A stretch of 63,997 nucleotides of DNA, the filler included, from Acidimicrobiia bacterium (GTDB taxonomy: Bacteria; Actinomycetota; Acidimicrobiia; Spongiisociales; SHLN01): the NCBI GenBank assembly GCA_041619515.1. It is 3 parts of 3 records of this genome, joined end to end, with 100 filler letters (N's around TTAATTAATTAA, not from the genome) between each part and the next. Parts side by side here need not be neighbours in the genome. Positions count along the whole stretch, not along the records: positions 23,392 to 46,464 come from JBFKDW010000046.1; positions 46,565 to 63,997 come from JBFKDW010000067.1; 1 more part is not named here. The stretch is one strand, 5' to 3'. Within the stretch, counting starts at the first letter, position 1, and the number at the start of each line of letters is the position of its first letter. Below are positions 37,678 through 48,334 of this stretch, in pieces. The notes under the pieces were generated by a model. It was not told the DNA's origin. It made no database searches and saw nothing but the letters and a program-made list of their open reading frames with translations. The translations under genes were made by a program, and so were the position numbers.

Positions 37678-39093
37678 GTGCGCCTGGTCATCACTCCCGA
37701 GGAGTCGGCCGTGCTCGACGCAGCGGCTTCCGATCGTATCGGCGCGCTCATGGAGCGGGCCGGGCTGTGGGTCGCCCTCGCCGCCGCCAGAATGGGTGCC
37801 CAATACGGGTCCCGGGTTTCGGTGCTGGCGGGTCCCGGCAACAACGGTGGCGATGCGTATGTCGCCGCCAAATACCTGGCCCGGCGCGGAGTTGCGGTCA
37901 CCATCCATGCCAGGGGATACCCGAAAGGTGACTTCTCGGCCGCCCGCAGCGCGGCTCGGGCCGCGGTGGCCGCCGGCGCCAAGGTGGTTCCCTTCGGGCC
38001 CCCCGGTGCAGCCGATCTCATCGTCGACGGCCTGTTCGGCGCCGGATTCCACGGAGAGCTGCCCGAGGACGTAGCGCCGTGGCTGACCCACCCCGCTCCG
38101 GTCCTTGCCATCGATGTGCCGAGTGGGCTGAGTGCGGCCGACGGCGGTGTCACCGGGCAGTCATTCACTGCTGCCCGCACGGTGACATTTCATGCCCTGA
38201 AGGTGGGTCACCTCCTCGGTGAGGGCCCGGAACGATGCGGAGCTCTCGAGGTACGCGACATCGGGCTCGAGGGTGGCCGGCCCGAGCTGAAGCTGGTCGA
38301 GGACGCAGATGCCGGGCTTCCTCGCCGGGCCCGGACCGCTCACAAGTGGTCGGTGGGGTCGGTGCTGGTAGTCGGCGGTTCTCCCGGCCTCACCGGTGCG
38401 GTGGTCCTGGCTGCCGCGAGTGCCCTCCGGGCCGGCGCCGGGGCCGTCGCCGCGGCCGTCCCCGGCCGGTGGCAGACGGTGGTTGAGGGTTTGAGTGCCG
38501 GCGTGATGACACGAGGGATCGGCACCGGGGACCGGTTTGATCCCGCCGACGTGGCCGAGCTGCTGGAACAGGCCGCTCGCTTCGACGTCATGGCCCTCGG
38601 CCCCGGGCTCGGGCCCGACCAGAACAAGTTCGTCGAGGAACTCATCGGACGCTGGCAAGGCCCGCTGCTCATCGACGCCGACGGCCTCAACGCCATTGCC
38701 GAGCCCGCTCGCCTCAAGCGTCCCGGCGGCACCATCATCACGCCCCACGCCGGGGAGTTCACCCGGTTGACGGGCCGACAAGCTACCTACCAGGCGGCGG
38801 CCACCGTCGCCCGCGAAGCGGACGCCGTGGTGCTGCTGAAAGGCAATCCCACCTTCGTCACCGCGAGCGAGGCACCATGGGTCGTCACCGAGGGGGGACC
38901 GGAGCTGGCCACCATCGGGACCGGTGACGTCCTGACCGGAACTGTGGCGGCCCTGTGGGCGAGCGGTCTCGATGCGGTGCCGGCCGCCTACAGCGGTGCC
39001 TTCTGGCATGGAAGAGCCGGCAAGTCGCTGGCCGAGTGGTCGGTCGTCACCGCGGAGGACCTCGTCGACGAGATCGGGGTGGTGATGCGATGA
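37678..39093 (+). CDS. nnr: Bifunctional NAD(P)HX epimerase/dehydratase
   Basis: GPGNNGGD, DGLFGAG, DVPSG, TPHAGEF and GTGDVL. Confidence 0.93.
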   Translation: MRLVITPEESAVLDAAASDRIGALMERAGLWVALAAARMGAQYGSRVSVLAGPGNNGGDAYVAAKYLARRGVAVTIHARGYPKGDFSAARSAARAAVAAGAKVVPFGPPGAADLIVDGLFGAGFHGELPEDVAPWLTHPAPVLAIDVPSGLSAADGGVTGQSFTAARTVTFHALKVGHLLGEGPERCGALEVRDIGLEGGRPELKLVEDADAGLPRRARTAHKWSVGSVLVVGGSPGLTGAVVLAAASALRAGAGAVAAAVPGRWQTVVEGLSAGVMTRGIGTGDRFDPADVAELLEQAARFDVMALGPGLGPDQNKFVEELIGRWQGPLLIDADGLNAIAEPARLKRPGGTIITPHAGEFTRLTGRQATYQAAATVAREADAVVLLKGNPTFVTASEAPWVVTEGGPELATIGTGDVLTGTVAALWASGLDAVPAAYSGAFWHGRAGKSLAEWSVVTAEDLVDEIGVVMR

Positions 39094-40187
39094 GGCCGTC
39101 GTGGGTGGAAGTCGACCTCGATGCCATTCGCCACAACGTCCGGGAGATTGCCCGGGAAGTGGCACCGGCGGGCTTCTGCGCGGTCGTGAAGGCAGACGCC
39201 TACGGCCACGGCGACGTTCCGGTGGCAGAAGCGGCCCTGGAGGCAGGGGCCGGCTGGCTCGCCGTTGCCACCCTTGCCGAAGGCGTGCGTCTCCGGGAGG
39301 CCGGGCTGGAGGGACCGGTGCTCTTGCTGTCCGAAGCCCCGGCTTCCGACGCGGCCGAGATCATTCATCACGAGCTGACCCCCACGGTGTACTCGGCGGT
39401 TTTCGTCGATGCCGTGGCGGCGGCGGCGCGGCAACCGGTGACGGTGCACCTCAAGCTCGACACCGGCATGCATCGTGTCGGCGCGGACGAGCCGACCGCG
39501 GCCGGGCTGGTGCGGCGCATTGCGGCAGACGAGCGGCTCGATCTCGGCGGGGTCTGGACGCACTTCCCGTCTGCCGAGGACGACGCCGAATTCACCGGCG
39601 GGCAGGTCAAAAAGTTGCGCGGGTTCGTCGACGAGCGGGTCTCCGTCGGCGCCGCCCCCGGGATCGTGCACGCAGCCAATTCGGCCGGGGCGCTGTTGTA
39701 CCCCGACGCCCGCTTCGACATGGTTCGGGTCGGGCTGGCCATGTACGGGTGCTATCCCTCGCCTCCCTGCCGTGACGTGGTGACCTTGCGGCCGGCAATG
39801 CGAGTCGTCTCACGGGTGGTCTACACGGCCCGGCTGCCGGCCGGAGCCCGCCCCAGCTACGGCCGGATTCGGCCGCTGCCGGAGGAATCCACCGTGGCGA
39901 CGGTCCCCATCGGGTATGCCGACGGGATCACACGGCGGCTCGCCAAGATCGGGGGAGAGGTGCTCATCGGTGGCAAACGGCGCCCGTTCGCCGGGATCGT
40001 CACCATGGATCAAATCGTGGTCGACATGGGGAACGAGCCGGTCGAAGTCGGCGACGAAGTCGTGCTGCTCGGGGCGCAGGGAACCGAGGAGATCGATGCC
40101 GACGAATGGGCCACCCGCCTCGACTCGGTCAGCTGGGAGATCCTCTGCGGTTTTGGCCCGCGCCTGCCGAGGCGCTACCGCGGATGA
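39090..40187 (+). CDS. alr: Alanine racemase
   Basis: VVKADAYGHG, KLDTGMHR, SYG, GYADG and MDQ. Confidence 0.96.
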   Translation: MRPSWVEVDLDAIRHNVREIAREVAPAGFCAVVKADAYGHGDVPVAEAALEAGAGWLAVATLAEGVRLREAGLEGPVLLLSEAPASDAAEIIHHELTPTVYSAVFVDAVAAAARQPVTVHLKLDTGMHRVGADEPTAAGLVRRIAADERLDLGGVWTHFPSAEDDAEFTGGQVKKLRGFVDERVSVGAAPGIVHAANSAGALLYPDARFDMVRVGLAMYGCYPSPPCRDVVTLRPAMRVVSRVVYTARLPAGARPSYGRIRPLPEESTVATVPIGYADGITRRLAKIGGEVLIGGKRRPFAGIVTMDQIVVDMGNEPVEVGDEVVLLGAQGTEEIDADEWATRLDSVSWEILCGFGPRLPRRYRG

Positions 40188-41071
40188 CGCTCACGTCGAT
40201 CCCCGGGATCCGGGTCGGGCACTGGACCGATCCCGTCGGCCGCACCGGGGTGACGGTGGTCGTGCTTCCTGAGCCCAACCGGGTGGTGGTCGAAGTGCGC
40301 GGAGCCGCCCCCGGCAGTCGCGAGCTGGCGATGCTGGCGCCCGGCATGCGGGTCCAGGGGGTGCAGGCAATCGTCCTGGCCGGTGGCAGCGCATTCGGGT
40401 TGGCAGCCGCCGACGGTGTCGTCGGAGCTCTTGAGGCGGACGGGCGCGGTCACCAGGCGCTGAAAGGCCCGGTCCCCATCGTTCCCGCTGCGGTCATCTA
40501 CGACCTGCTGGCCGGGGACCCCCGGGCGCGGCCCGGCCCTTCCGAGGGTGCAGCTGCGTACGCGGCCGCCGTCGACGCGCCCGTGGCCATGGGCTCGGTT
40601 GGAGCGGGGACGGGGGCGCTCGTTGCCGGCTGGCGGGGCTTCGACCATGTTCGGCCCGGCGGCGTCGGCTCGGCGGCCGCGCCCGTCGGCGACGCAACTG
40701 TTGCGGCGCTCGCAGTCGTCAACGCAGTAGGGGACGTGTTCACTCTCGAGGGGCGGCCGCTCACGGGAGGGCCCCACCGGCCCGGCCCTCCTGCCATCCC
40801 ACCTACACCGGGCGAGAGCACCACCCTGGTCGTCGTCGCCACCGACGCCCGCATCGAACGGCCTGATCTCCTCCGGCTGGCAGTGCGCGCCCAGGATGCG
40901 GTTGCCGCCTGTATCAGGCCCGGCCACACTCGATATGATGGCGATGTTGCTTTTGCCGTCTCCTGCGGCGAGGCAGAGGCCGATCTCGATGCAGTGGGAG
41001 AGGCGGCGTTCGTAGCGGTGGGCGATGCCATCGCGGCGGCGCTGGCGGCCGCCACCGAGGAAGAGGGATGA
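40184..41071 (+). CDS. P1/S58 (DmpA-like) peptidase
   Basis: VGH, RGAAPGSRE, GGSAFGLAAA, GAGTGA, STT and DGD. Confidence 0.88.
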   Translation: MTLTSIPGIRVGHWTDPVGRTGVTVVVLPEPNRVVVEVRGAAPGSRELAMLAPGMRVQGVQAIVLAGGSAFGLAAADGVVGALEADGRGHQALKGPVPIVPAAVIYDLLAGDPRARPGPSEGAAAYAAAVDAPVAMGSVGAGTGALVAGWRGFDHVRPGGVGSAAAPVGDATVAALAVVNAVGDVFTLEGRPLTGGPHRPGPPAIPPTPGESTTLVVVATDARIERPDLLRLAVRAQDAVAACIRPGHTRYDGDVAFAVSCGEAEADLDAVGEAAFVAVGDAIAAALAAATEEEG

Positions 41072-41703
41072 CGAGCGAAGACCGCGCAGCCAGACTCAGG
41101 TTGCTCGACCAGGAAGCGTCGGCGTGCACCAAGTGCCGGCTGCATGAAGGCCGCAAGACGGTGGTGTTTGGTGACGGCGATGCCGACGCCGATCTCATGT
41201 TCATCGGTGAAGGCCCCGGTCAACACGAGGATGAGCAAGGCCTTCCTTTCGTCGGGCGTTCCGGCCAGCTTCTGTCGACGCTGCTCGAGCGGGTGGGTCT
41301 CAGCCGCCCCGAGGTGTACATCGCCAATGTCGTCAAATGCCGCCCCCCCGGCAACCGGGACCCCCGGCCGGACGAGATCGCAGCCTGCAAGGGCTACCTC
41401 GCCGACCAGATCAGGCTGATCGATCCTGCCGCAGTCGTCACTCTGGGGAACTTCTCGACCAAGCTCCTGCTCAAGACCGAGGTGGGCATCACCCGGATGC
41501 GGGGCCAGGCCTACCCGTGGTGGGGCCGGCACGTCGTACCGACCTTTCACCCCGCCGCTGCGCTGCGCAACGGGCCGCGGGTGGTGGAGGAGATGGTGAG
41601 CGACCTGCGGCTCGCAGTCCAGATCATCGAGCAACGATCCGAGCCGCATGAGTCCGAAGTCGCCGAGCCGCGACCGCCGGAACAGATCGAGTTGTTCACG
41701 TGA
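41068..41703 (+). CDS. udg: Family 4 uracil-DNA glycosylase
   Basis: CTKCRL, GEGPG, FVGRSG, KCRPP.NR and FHPAA. Confidence 0.92.
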   Translation: MTSEDRAARLRLLDQEASACTKCRLHEGRKTVVFGDGDADADLMFIGEGPGQHEDEQGLPFVGRSGQLLSTLLERVGLSRPEVYIANVVKCRPPGNRDPRPDEIAACKGYLADQIRLIDPAAVVTLGNFSTKLLLKTEVGITRMRGQAYPWWGRHVVPTFHPAAALRNGPRVVEEMVSDLRLAVQIIEQRSEPHESEVAEPRPPEQIELFT

Positions 41704-42155
41704 CCATCAGCCTGCGGTGCCCCACCCCGGCCGAGACGATGGCGGTGGGACGCCGGCTGGCCGGGTTGCTGTGGGCCGGAGATGTGGTGCTCATCGAGGG
41801 AGAGCTCGGGTCGGGCAAGACGACGTTCGTCGCCGGGCTGGCCGAGGGCCTCGGCGTCGAGGAGCCGATCACCAGCCCCACGTTCATCCTCATGCGCTCC
41901 TACCCGGGTTTGCTTCCCCTCACGCACGCCGATGTCTATCGGCTGGAGACCTTGGCGGAGATCGAAGACCTGGAGCTGACCGAAGCGTCGCGCGACGGCG
42001 TGCTGGCGGTCGAATGGGGAACTGCCATCGAGCAATGGATGCCCGCCGACCATCTCGTGGTTCGCATCAGCATGGAGGAATCGGCGGCCCGGAACATCGA
42101 ATTGATACCGCATGGGCGGTGGGCGAGCCGTCCTCTCCAGGAGGTCGAGCAGTGA
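41700..42155 (+). CDS. tsaE: t6A biosynthesis ATPase
   Basis: GELGSGKT, SPTF, HADVYRL and VEWG. Confidence 0.94.
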   Translation: MTISLRCPTPAETMAVGRRLAGLLWAGDVVLIEGELGSGKTTFVAGLAEGLGVEEPITSPTFILMRSYPGLLPLTHADVYRLETLAEIEDLELTEASRDGVLAVEWGTAIEQWMPADHLVVRISMEESAARNIELIPHGRWASRPLQEVEQ

Positions 42156-42865
42156 ACATCCTTGCGATCGAGACTGCGACCCCTGCCTCCTCGGTTGCGC
42201 TGGGAACCGACGATGCGCTGCTGGCGATGGCCCTCCAGGTCGACCGGCGAGGCCATGTCGGCTTCCTGGCCAAGGCAATGGACTTCTGCTTCGAGCAGGT
42301 GGGCTGGACGCCCCGTGAGCTCGATGCCATCGTGGTGGATGTCGGTCCCGGCATGTTCACCGGGTTGCGAGCCGGCCTCGCCACCGCCCAGGGGGTGGCA
42401 GCGGCCACCGGCGCGCAGCTGCTCGGCCTGTCGTCCCTGGACGTACTGGCGTTCCGGGCAGCGACCGGCCGCCGGATCATCTGGCCGGTGGTGGACGTGC
42501 GGCGGGACGAGGTGGCCACGGCTCCGTACCGGCCGGTCCCCGGCGGAGTCATCAGGGACGGCGCCCCCGAGGTGGTTAGCTCGGAAGGCTTCGCCGGTCT
42601 GCTCGATGCCACCGCCGATGATTCGCTGGTGGTGGGAGATCACCTGGCGCTGCCGAGCGGTGCGCTGCGGGGGTTGCACCGGGTCAAGGTCGGCCGGCCT
42701 CGCTGGCCGAGCGCCGACGTGCTCCTGGAACTGGCCGCCGCTCGCATGGCGAAGGGCGACTTCCCAGCCCACGACGACGTCCGGCCGCTCTACTTGCGGG
42801 AGCCCGATGTCACCATCAACTGGAAAGATTTTCGTGAGGAGGCGGGATGGCCGGACCCATCATGA
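42152..42865 (+). CDS. tsaB: t6A biosynthesis protein
   Basis: ILAIET, GPGMFTGLR and PLYLR. Confidence 0.92.
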   Translation: MNILAIETATPASSVALGTDDALLAMALQVDRRGHVGFLAKAMDFCFEQVGWTPRELDAIVVDVGPGMFTGLRAGLATAQGVAAATGAQLLGLSSLDVLAFRAATGRRIIWPVVDVRRDEVATAPYRPVPGGVIRDGAPEVVSSEGFAGLLDATADDSLVVGDHLALPSGALRGLHRVKVGRPRWPSADVLLELAAARMAKGDFPAHDDVRPLYLREPDVTINWKDFREEAGWPDPS

Positions 42866-43350
42866 GTTTCACGTTGCGACCTCTGGATCCATCCGATCTG
42901 GATGCGGTGATCGAGGTCGAGGCGGCCTCGTTTGTCGAGCCGTGGTCGCGGAACGCCTTTGCCGACGAGATCGCGCAGCCGACCCGCAGGTACGTGGTTG
43001 CCGAGCTCGGTAACGTGCTTTCGGGTTATGGAGGGATCATGATCGTGGGCGAGGATGCCCACGTGGTCACCCTGGCGGTTGCTCCCGGTCACCGGGAGAA
43101 GGGCGTCGCTTCCCGGCTCATGATCGAATTGATCCGACAGGCGAGGGCGGCGGGCGCCCGTCATCTCACTCTCGAGGTGCGCGAATCCAACACGGCGGCC
43201 ATCGAGCTCTATCGGAAATTCGGATTCCAGCCGGCCGGCACCCGAAAGGGGTACTACACCGGCGAGAATGCAGTCGTCATGTGGGCGATCGACATCGACT
43301 CCGCCGACTATCAGCAGACCCTGGCGTCGATCGGGAGGGAGGCGTCGTGA
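42862..43350 (+). CDS. rimI: Ribosomal protein N-acetyltransferase
   Basis: PWS, LEVRESN..AI.LY and RKGYY. Confidence 0.92.
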   Translation: MSFTLRPLDPSDLDAVIEVEAASFVEPWSRNAFADEIAQPTRRYVVAELGNVLSGYGGIMIVGEDAHVVTLAVAPGHREKGVASRLMIELIRQARAAGARHLTLEVRESNTAAIELYRKFGFQPAGTRKGYYTGENAVVMWAIDIDSADYQQTLASIGREAS

Positions 43351-44357
43351 GCGATCGACCGGTTGTGCTCGGCATCGAGACCAGCTGCGACGAAACCGGG
43401 CTCGGCGTCGTCCTCGGCACGGAAATGCGCGCCAACGTCCTGGCATCGCAGGTCGACCTGCACGCTCGCTTTGGTGGGGTGGTGCCGGAGGTGGCGGCTC
43501 GAGCCCATGTCGAGTCGGTACGTCATCTCACCCATCAGGCGCTGGCCGAGGCCGGCGTCCACCAGGCCGACCTCGACGCGGTGGCTGCCACCCGGGGCCC
43601 CGGGCTGGTCGGTGCCCTGGTCGTGGGGTTCACGTTCGGCAAGGCGCTGGCCTGGGCCCTCGGCAAGCCGTTCATCGGCGTCGATCACATGGAGGGGCAT
43701 CTGTTTGCCCCGCTGCTCGGAGACCCGGCCTTCGCACCGCCTGCGGTGGTGTTGCTTGCCTCGGGTGGCCACACCCAGCTCGTGCACATGAGGGACTGGG
43801 GCGAGTACGAGATCCTCGGCGCCACGATCGACGATGCCGCCGGGGAAGCACTCGACAAAACGGCCCGGTTTCTCGGCCTCGGCTACCCGGGCGGCCCGGC
43901 CATCGACCGCCAATCCGAAAGCGGCGACCCGCATGCCGTCGCCTTCCCGCGGGCGGTGCCCGACCGTCCCTACGATTTCTCGTTCTCGGGGCTCAAGACG
44001 GCGCTCATCACCTACGTCCGTGAACACCGTGACGGCGGCACGCTTCCCCCGATTCCCGATGTCGCCGCCTCCCTCCAGGAGGCCGTTGTCGATGTGCTGG
44101 TGGAGAAGACGTTCAACGCGGTCGACGCCACCGGCGTGACCGTGGTTGGAGGCGGGGGAGGCGTCATGGCCAACTCTCGCCTGCGCTCGAGGCTCCAGGA
44201 GGAGGCCGACCGTCGAGGAGTGAGCCTGTTCGTTCCTCCCCGGGATCTCTGCACAGACAACGGCGCCATGATCGCCGTCGTGGGCGCGCACAAACTCATG
44301 CGCGGCGAGTTCACGGATCTTGGCTCGGACGTGGACGCCGGGATGCGCCTGGGCTGA
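43347..44357 (+). CDS. tsaD: tRNA threonylcarbamoyltransferase
   Basis: GIETSCDET, HMEGH, SGGHT, FSFSGLKT and CTDNGAM. Confidence 0.96.
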   Translation: MSDRPVVLGIETSCDETGLGVVLGTEMRANVLASQVDLHARFGGVVPEVAARAHVESVRHLTHQALAEAGVHQADLDAVAATRGPGLVGALVVGFTFGKALAWALGKPFIGVDHMEGHLFAPLLGDPAFAPPAVVLLASGGHTQLVHMRDWGEYEILGATIDDAAGEALDKTARFLGLGYPGGPAIDRQSESGDPHAVAFPRAVPDRPYDFSFSGLKTALITYVREHRDGGTLPPIPDVAASLQEAVVDVLVEKTFNAVDATGVTVVGGGGGVMANSRLRSRLQEEADRRGVSLFVPPRDLCTDNGAMIAVVGAHKLMRGEFTDLGSDVDAGMRLG

Positions 44358-44397
44358 TTTGTCAGGTCATGGGTGGCCGGCGGCCCGCCGCAGATTA

Positions 44398-44453
44398 TTA
44401 GCACTCCCACCACGAGACTGCTATATTTAGCGCTCGTAAGTAACGAGTGCTAA
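44398..44453 (+). promoter_or_regulatory. Tandem CIRCE (HrcA operator) elements
   Basis: TTAGCACTC-N9-GACTGCTAT (44398-44424) and TTAGCGCTC-N9-GAGTGCTAA (44427-44453). Confidence 0.92.
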
Positions 44454-44467
44454 AGAAAGGCAACCGC

Positions 44468-46401
<1,934 letters not shown>

Positions 46402-46439
46402 GCATTCCTTCGGAATGCAGGCAATCCTTCGGATTGCTT
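46402..46439 (+). terminator. Two tandem hairpins after groEL
   Basis: GCATTCC-TTC-GGAATGC and AGGCAATCC-TTC-GGATTGCTT. Confidence 0.6.
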
Positions 46440-46464
46440 GGGAGAAGACCCGGCGCTGTGCGCC

Positions 46465-46564
46465 NNNNNNNNNNNNNNNNNNNNNNNNNNNNNNNNNNNN
46501 NNNNNNNNTTAATTAATTAANNNNNNNNNNNNNNNNNNNNNNNNNNNNNNNNNNNNNNNNNNNN
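46465..46564. other. Artificial contig linker
   Basis: N run, TTAATTAATTAA, N run. Confidence 0.98.
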
Positions 46565-46586
46565 CGTCTCTCGCTACGATCGGCTG

Positions 46587-47030
46587 GTGACCGACGATCC
46601 GTTCCTTGCCGCCGCCATCGACGAGGCGCGCGCCGGCTTGGCCGAAGGCGGCATCCCCATCGGCTCGGTGCTCGTGATCGACAGTGAGATCGTCGGCCGG
46701 GGCCGCAACCGTCGAATCCAGCGCGGCAGTCCCACCCTGCACGCAGAGATGGACTGCCTCGAGAATGCCGGCCGGCTGCGTGCGGCCGATTACCGCAGAT
46801 CGGTCCTCTATTCGACGCTGTCACCATGTGACATGTGCAGTGGAGCAGCCCTGCTGTACGAGATTCCGCGCATCGTCGTGGGGGAGAACCGCACGTTCCA
46901 GGGGCCCGAGGAGTATGTGAGGTCCCGCGGGGTGATCCTAGATCTCGTGGACGATCCGGAGTGCGTGTCGCTCATGACCGCCTTCGTCGCGGCGAATCCC
47001 GAACTATGGGGCGAAGACATCGGCGAGTAG
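46587..47030 (+). CDS. Cytosine/nucleoside deaminase (CDA fold, fungal FCY1-like)
   Basis: GGIPIG, HAE, LENAGR and SPCDMC. Confidence 0.9.
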   Translation: MTDDPFLAAAIDEARAGLAEGGIPIGSVLVIDSEIVGRGRNRRIQRGSPTLHAEMDCLENAGRLRAADYRRSVLYSTLSPCDMCSGAALLYEIPRIVVGENRTFQGPEEYVRSRGVILDLVDDPECVSLMTAFVAANPELWGEDIGE

Positions 47031-47051
47031 TCCTGAGACGGCGAGTAGTGC

Positions 47052-48221
47052 TCAGGCGGTCAGGGTTCGCTCCAGCGGAGTTCGGAAGCGAGGGGTAACG
47101 GCGACACCATCCATCCATCGCGTGAGGTCATCCGCCGCTGCATCCACCAGCCGGGTCATCTCGGTGCCGAGGTCTTCGAGCAGCCGGTACACCACTTCGC
47201 CGTCCGGCCGCTGTCCCCAGCCGCCCGCAACACGTCCATTCACCCAGACGGTCGGCCCGACGTTTCCGTTCCGGTCGAACAGCCGGGCGCCATGGCCGCC
47301 GATGTACCAGCTGCGCTCCTTCCAGCCCATCGGGGTTGAATCGAGCCCAGGCAGGAGTGCCACCGTCGGTTCGGGGGGCTCGGATGCGTCCAGGTCTTCC
47401 GCCAGCACGTATCCCGTCGAGCCATCGATGTCTACGGTCATCGCCCTGCTCGCCGCGATGGCAGCTTCAGCCCGGCGGGCCGTCCAGCCCGTCCACCAGC
47501 GGATATCTCGGATGGTGGCCGGGCCATAGGAGCCCAGGTATCTGCCGAGCAGGGCGGTGCGTCCTGCCTGGGGCTCCATGGGGTCGGGGACCTCACCGAA
47601 CCACCTGGCGGTGGCGGCCCAGCGGTACTGGCTCGAGCGCCATGTCCCTGCCGGGCGGGCACGGACTATTCGCCCGTCCATCGCCATCGTGGGCAGGAGC
47701 CGGGAGGACACCGGCACCTGTCCCGACCATTTCCCGGATCCGACCGTCATTGCGGTGCGGAGGGCCGGTAGCGCGGCCGCCAGGTCGGCGGTCCGGCGCT
47801 CGGCGCCGTCGTCGAGAAGGGCCAGGATGTCTGTTTCGAGTGCCTCCAGCCAATCGGCGGCCTGGTCCGGATCGATCTCTGCAGAGAGGTCACGCACCAG
47901 GCGGGTTCGCTCTCGGCCGGCGATGCTCCTGCCCGCGGCGGCGTCGAAGATGGCTGCGTCTTGCAGGCAGACGACGAACAAGGTGCGGCGCATGGCGTGC
48001 ATCCGCCACAGCGACCGATCATCGAACAGCGCCTGCTCGAGGTCTTCCACTGCGAACCCGCCGAGACGAGCCCGGGCAGACAGATAGGGCGAGGCTGGAT
48101 CGCTCGAGTGCAGCCCCACGGTGGCATTCACCGAATCCGACAGGGCGGGGGCGGTGCGGCCCAGGTGGTGCCTGCGGACCACCCGGGCCCGCCGTTCGGC
48201 GACGGACATGCGATTGGCCAT
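47052..48221 (-). CDS. HTH_42 family (AlkZ/YcaQ-like) DNA glycosylase
   Basis: GLHSSD, MRRTLF, YL.SYGPAT..D..WWTG and LLPGLD. Confidence 0.8.
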   Translation of the reverse strand: MANRMSVAERRARVVRRHHLGRTAPALSDSVNATVGLHSSDPASPYLSARARLGGFAVEDLEQALFDDRSLWRMHAMRRTLFVVCLQDAAIFDAAAGRSIAGRERTRLVRDLSAEIDPDQAADWLEALETDILALLDDGAERRTADLAAALPALRTAMTVGSGKWSGQVPVSSRLLPTMAMDGRIVRARPAGTWRSSQYRWAATARWFGEVPDPMEPQAGRTALLGRYLGSYGPATIRDIRWWTGWTARRAEAAIAASRAMTVDIDGSTGYVLAEDLDASEPPEPTVALLPGLDSTPMGWKERSWYIGGHGARLFDRNGNVGPTVWVNGRVAGGWGQRPDGEVVYRLLEDLGTEMTRLVDAAADDLTRWMDGVAVTPRFRTPLERTLTA

Positions 48222-48334
48222 GCCCCGGAACCTACCGAGCCGCCGGTGGCCGGCCGGTTGGTTTGGGACCTTTGCGGGATTACCGGCAGCGTGCCCCCGG
48301 CGCGACAATTGGCGGGAGATATCCAGGAGATGTT

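Noticed and set aside
44398..44453. Double CIRCE as a novelty
   Set aside because: Tandem CIRCE elements before groES/groEL are well known in actinobacteria.
47021..47049. 11-bp direct repeat CGGCGAGTAGT at the deaminase stop (possible target-site duplication)
   Set aside because: Only 7 nt lie between the copies and there is no mobile element. Most likely local slippage.
47336..48334. N-terminal 333 aa of the 1243-aa ORF
   Set aside because: Overlaps the opposite-strand HTH_42 gene. The real start is GTG 48335 with an SD.
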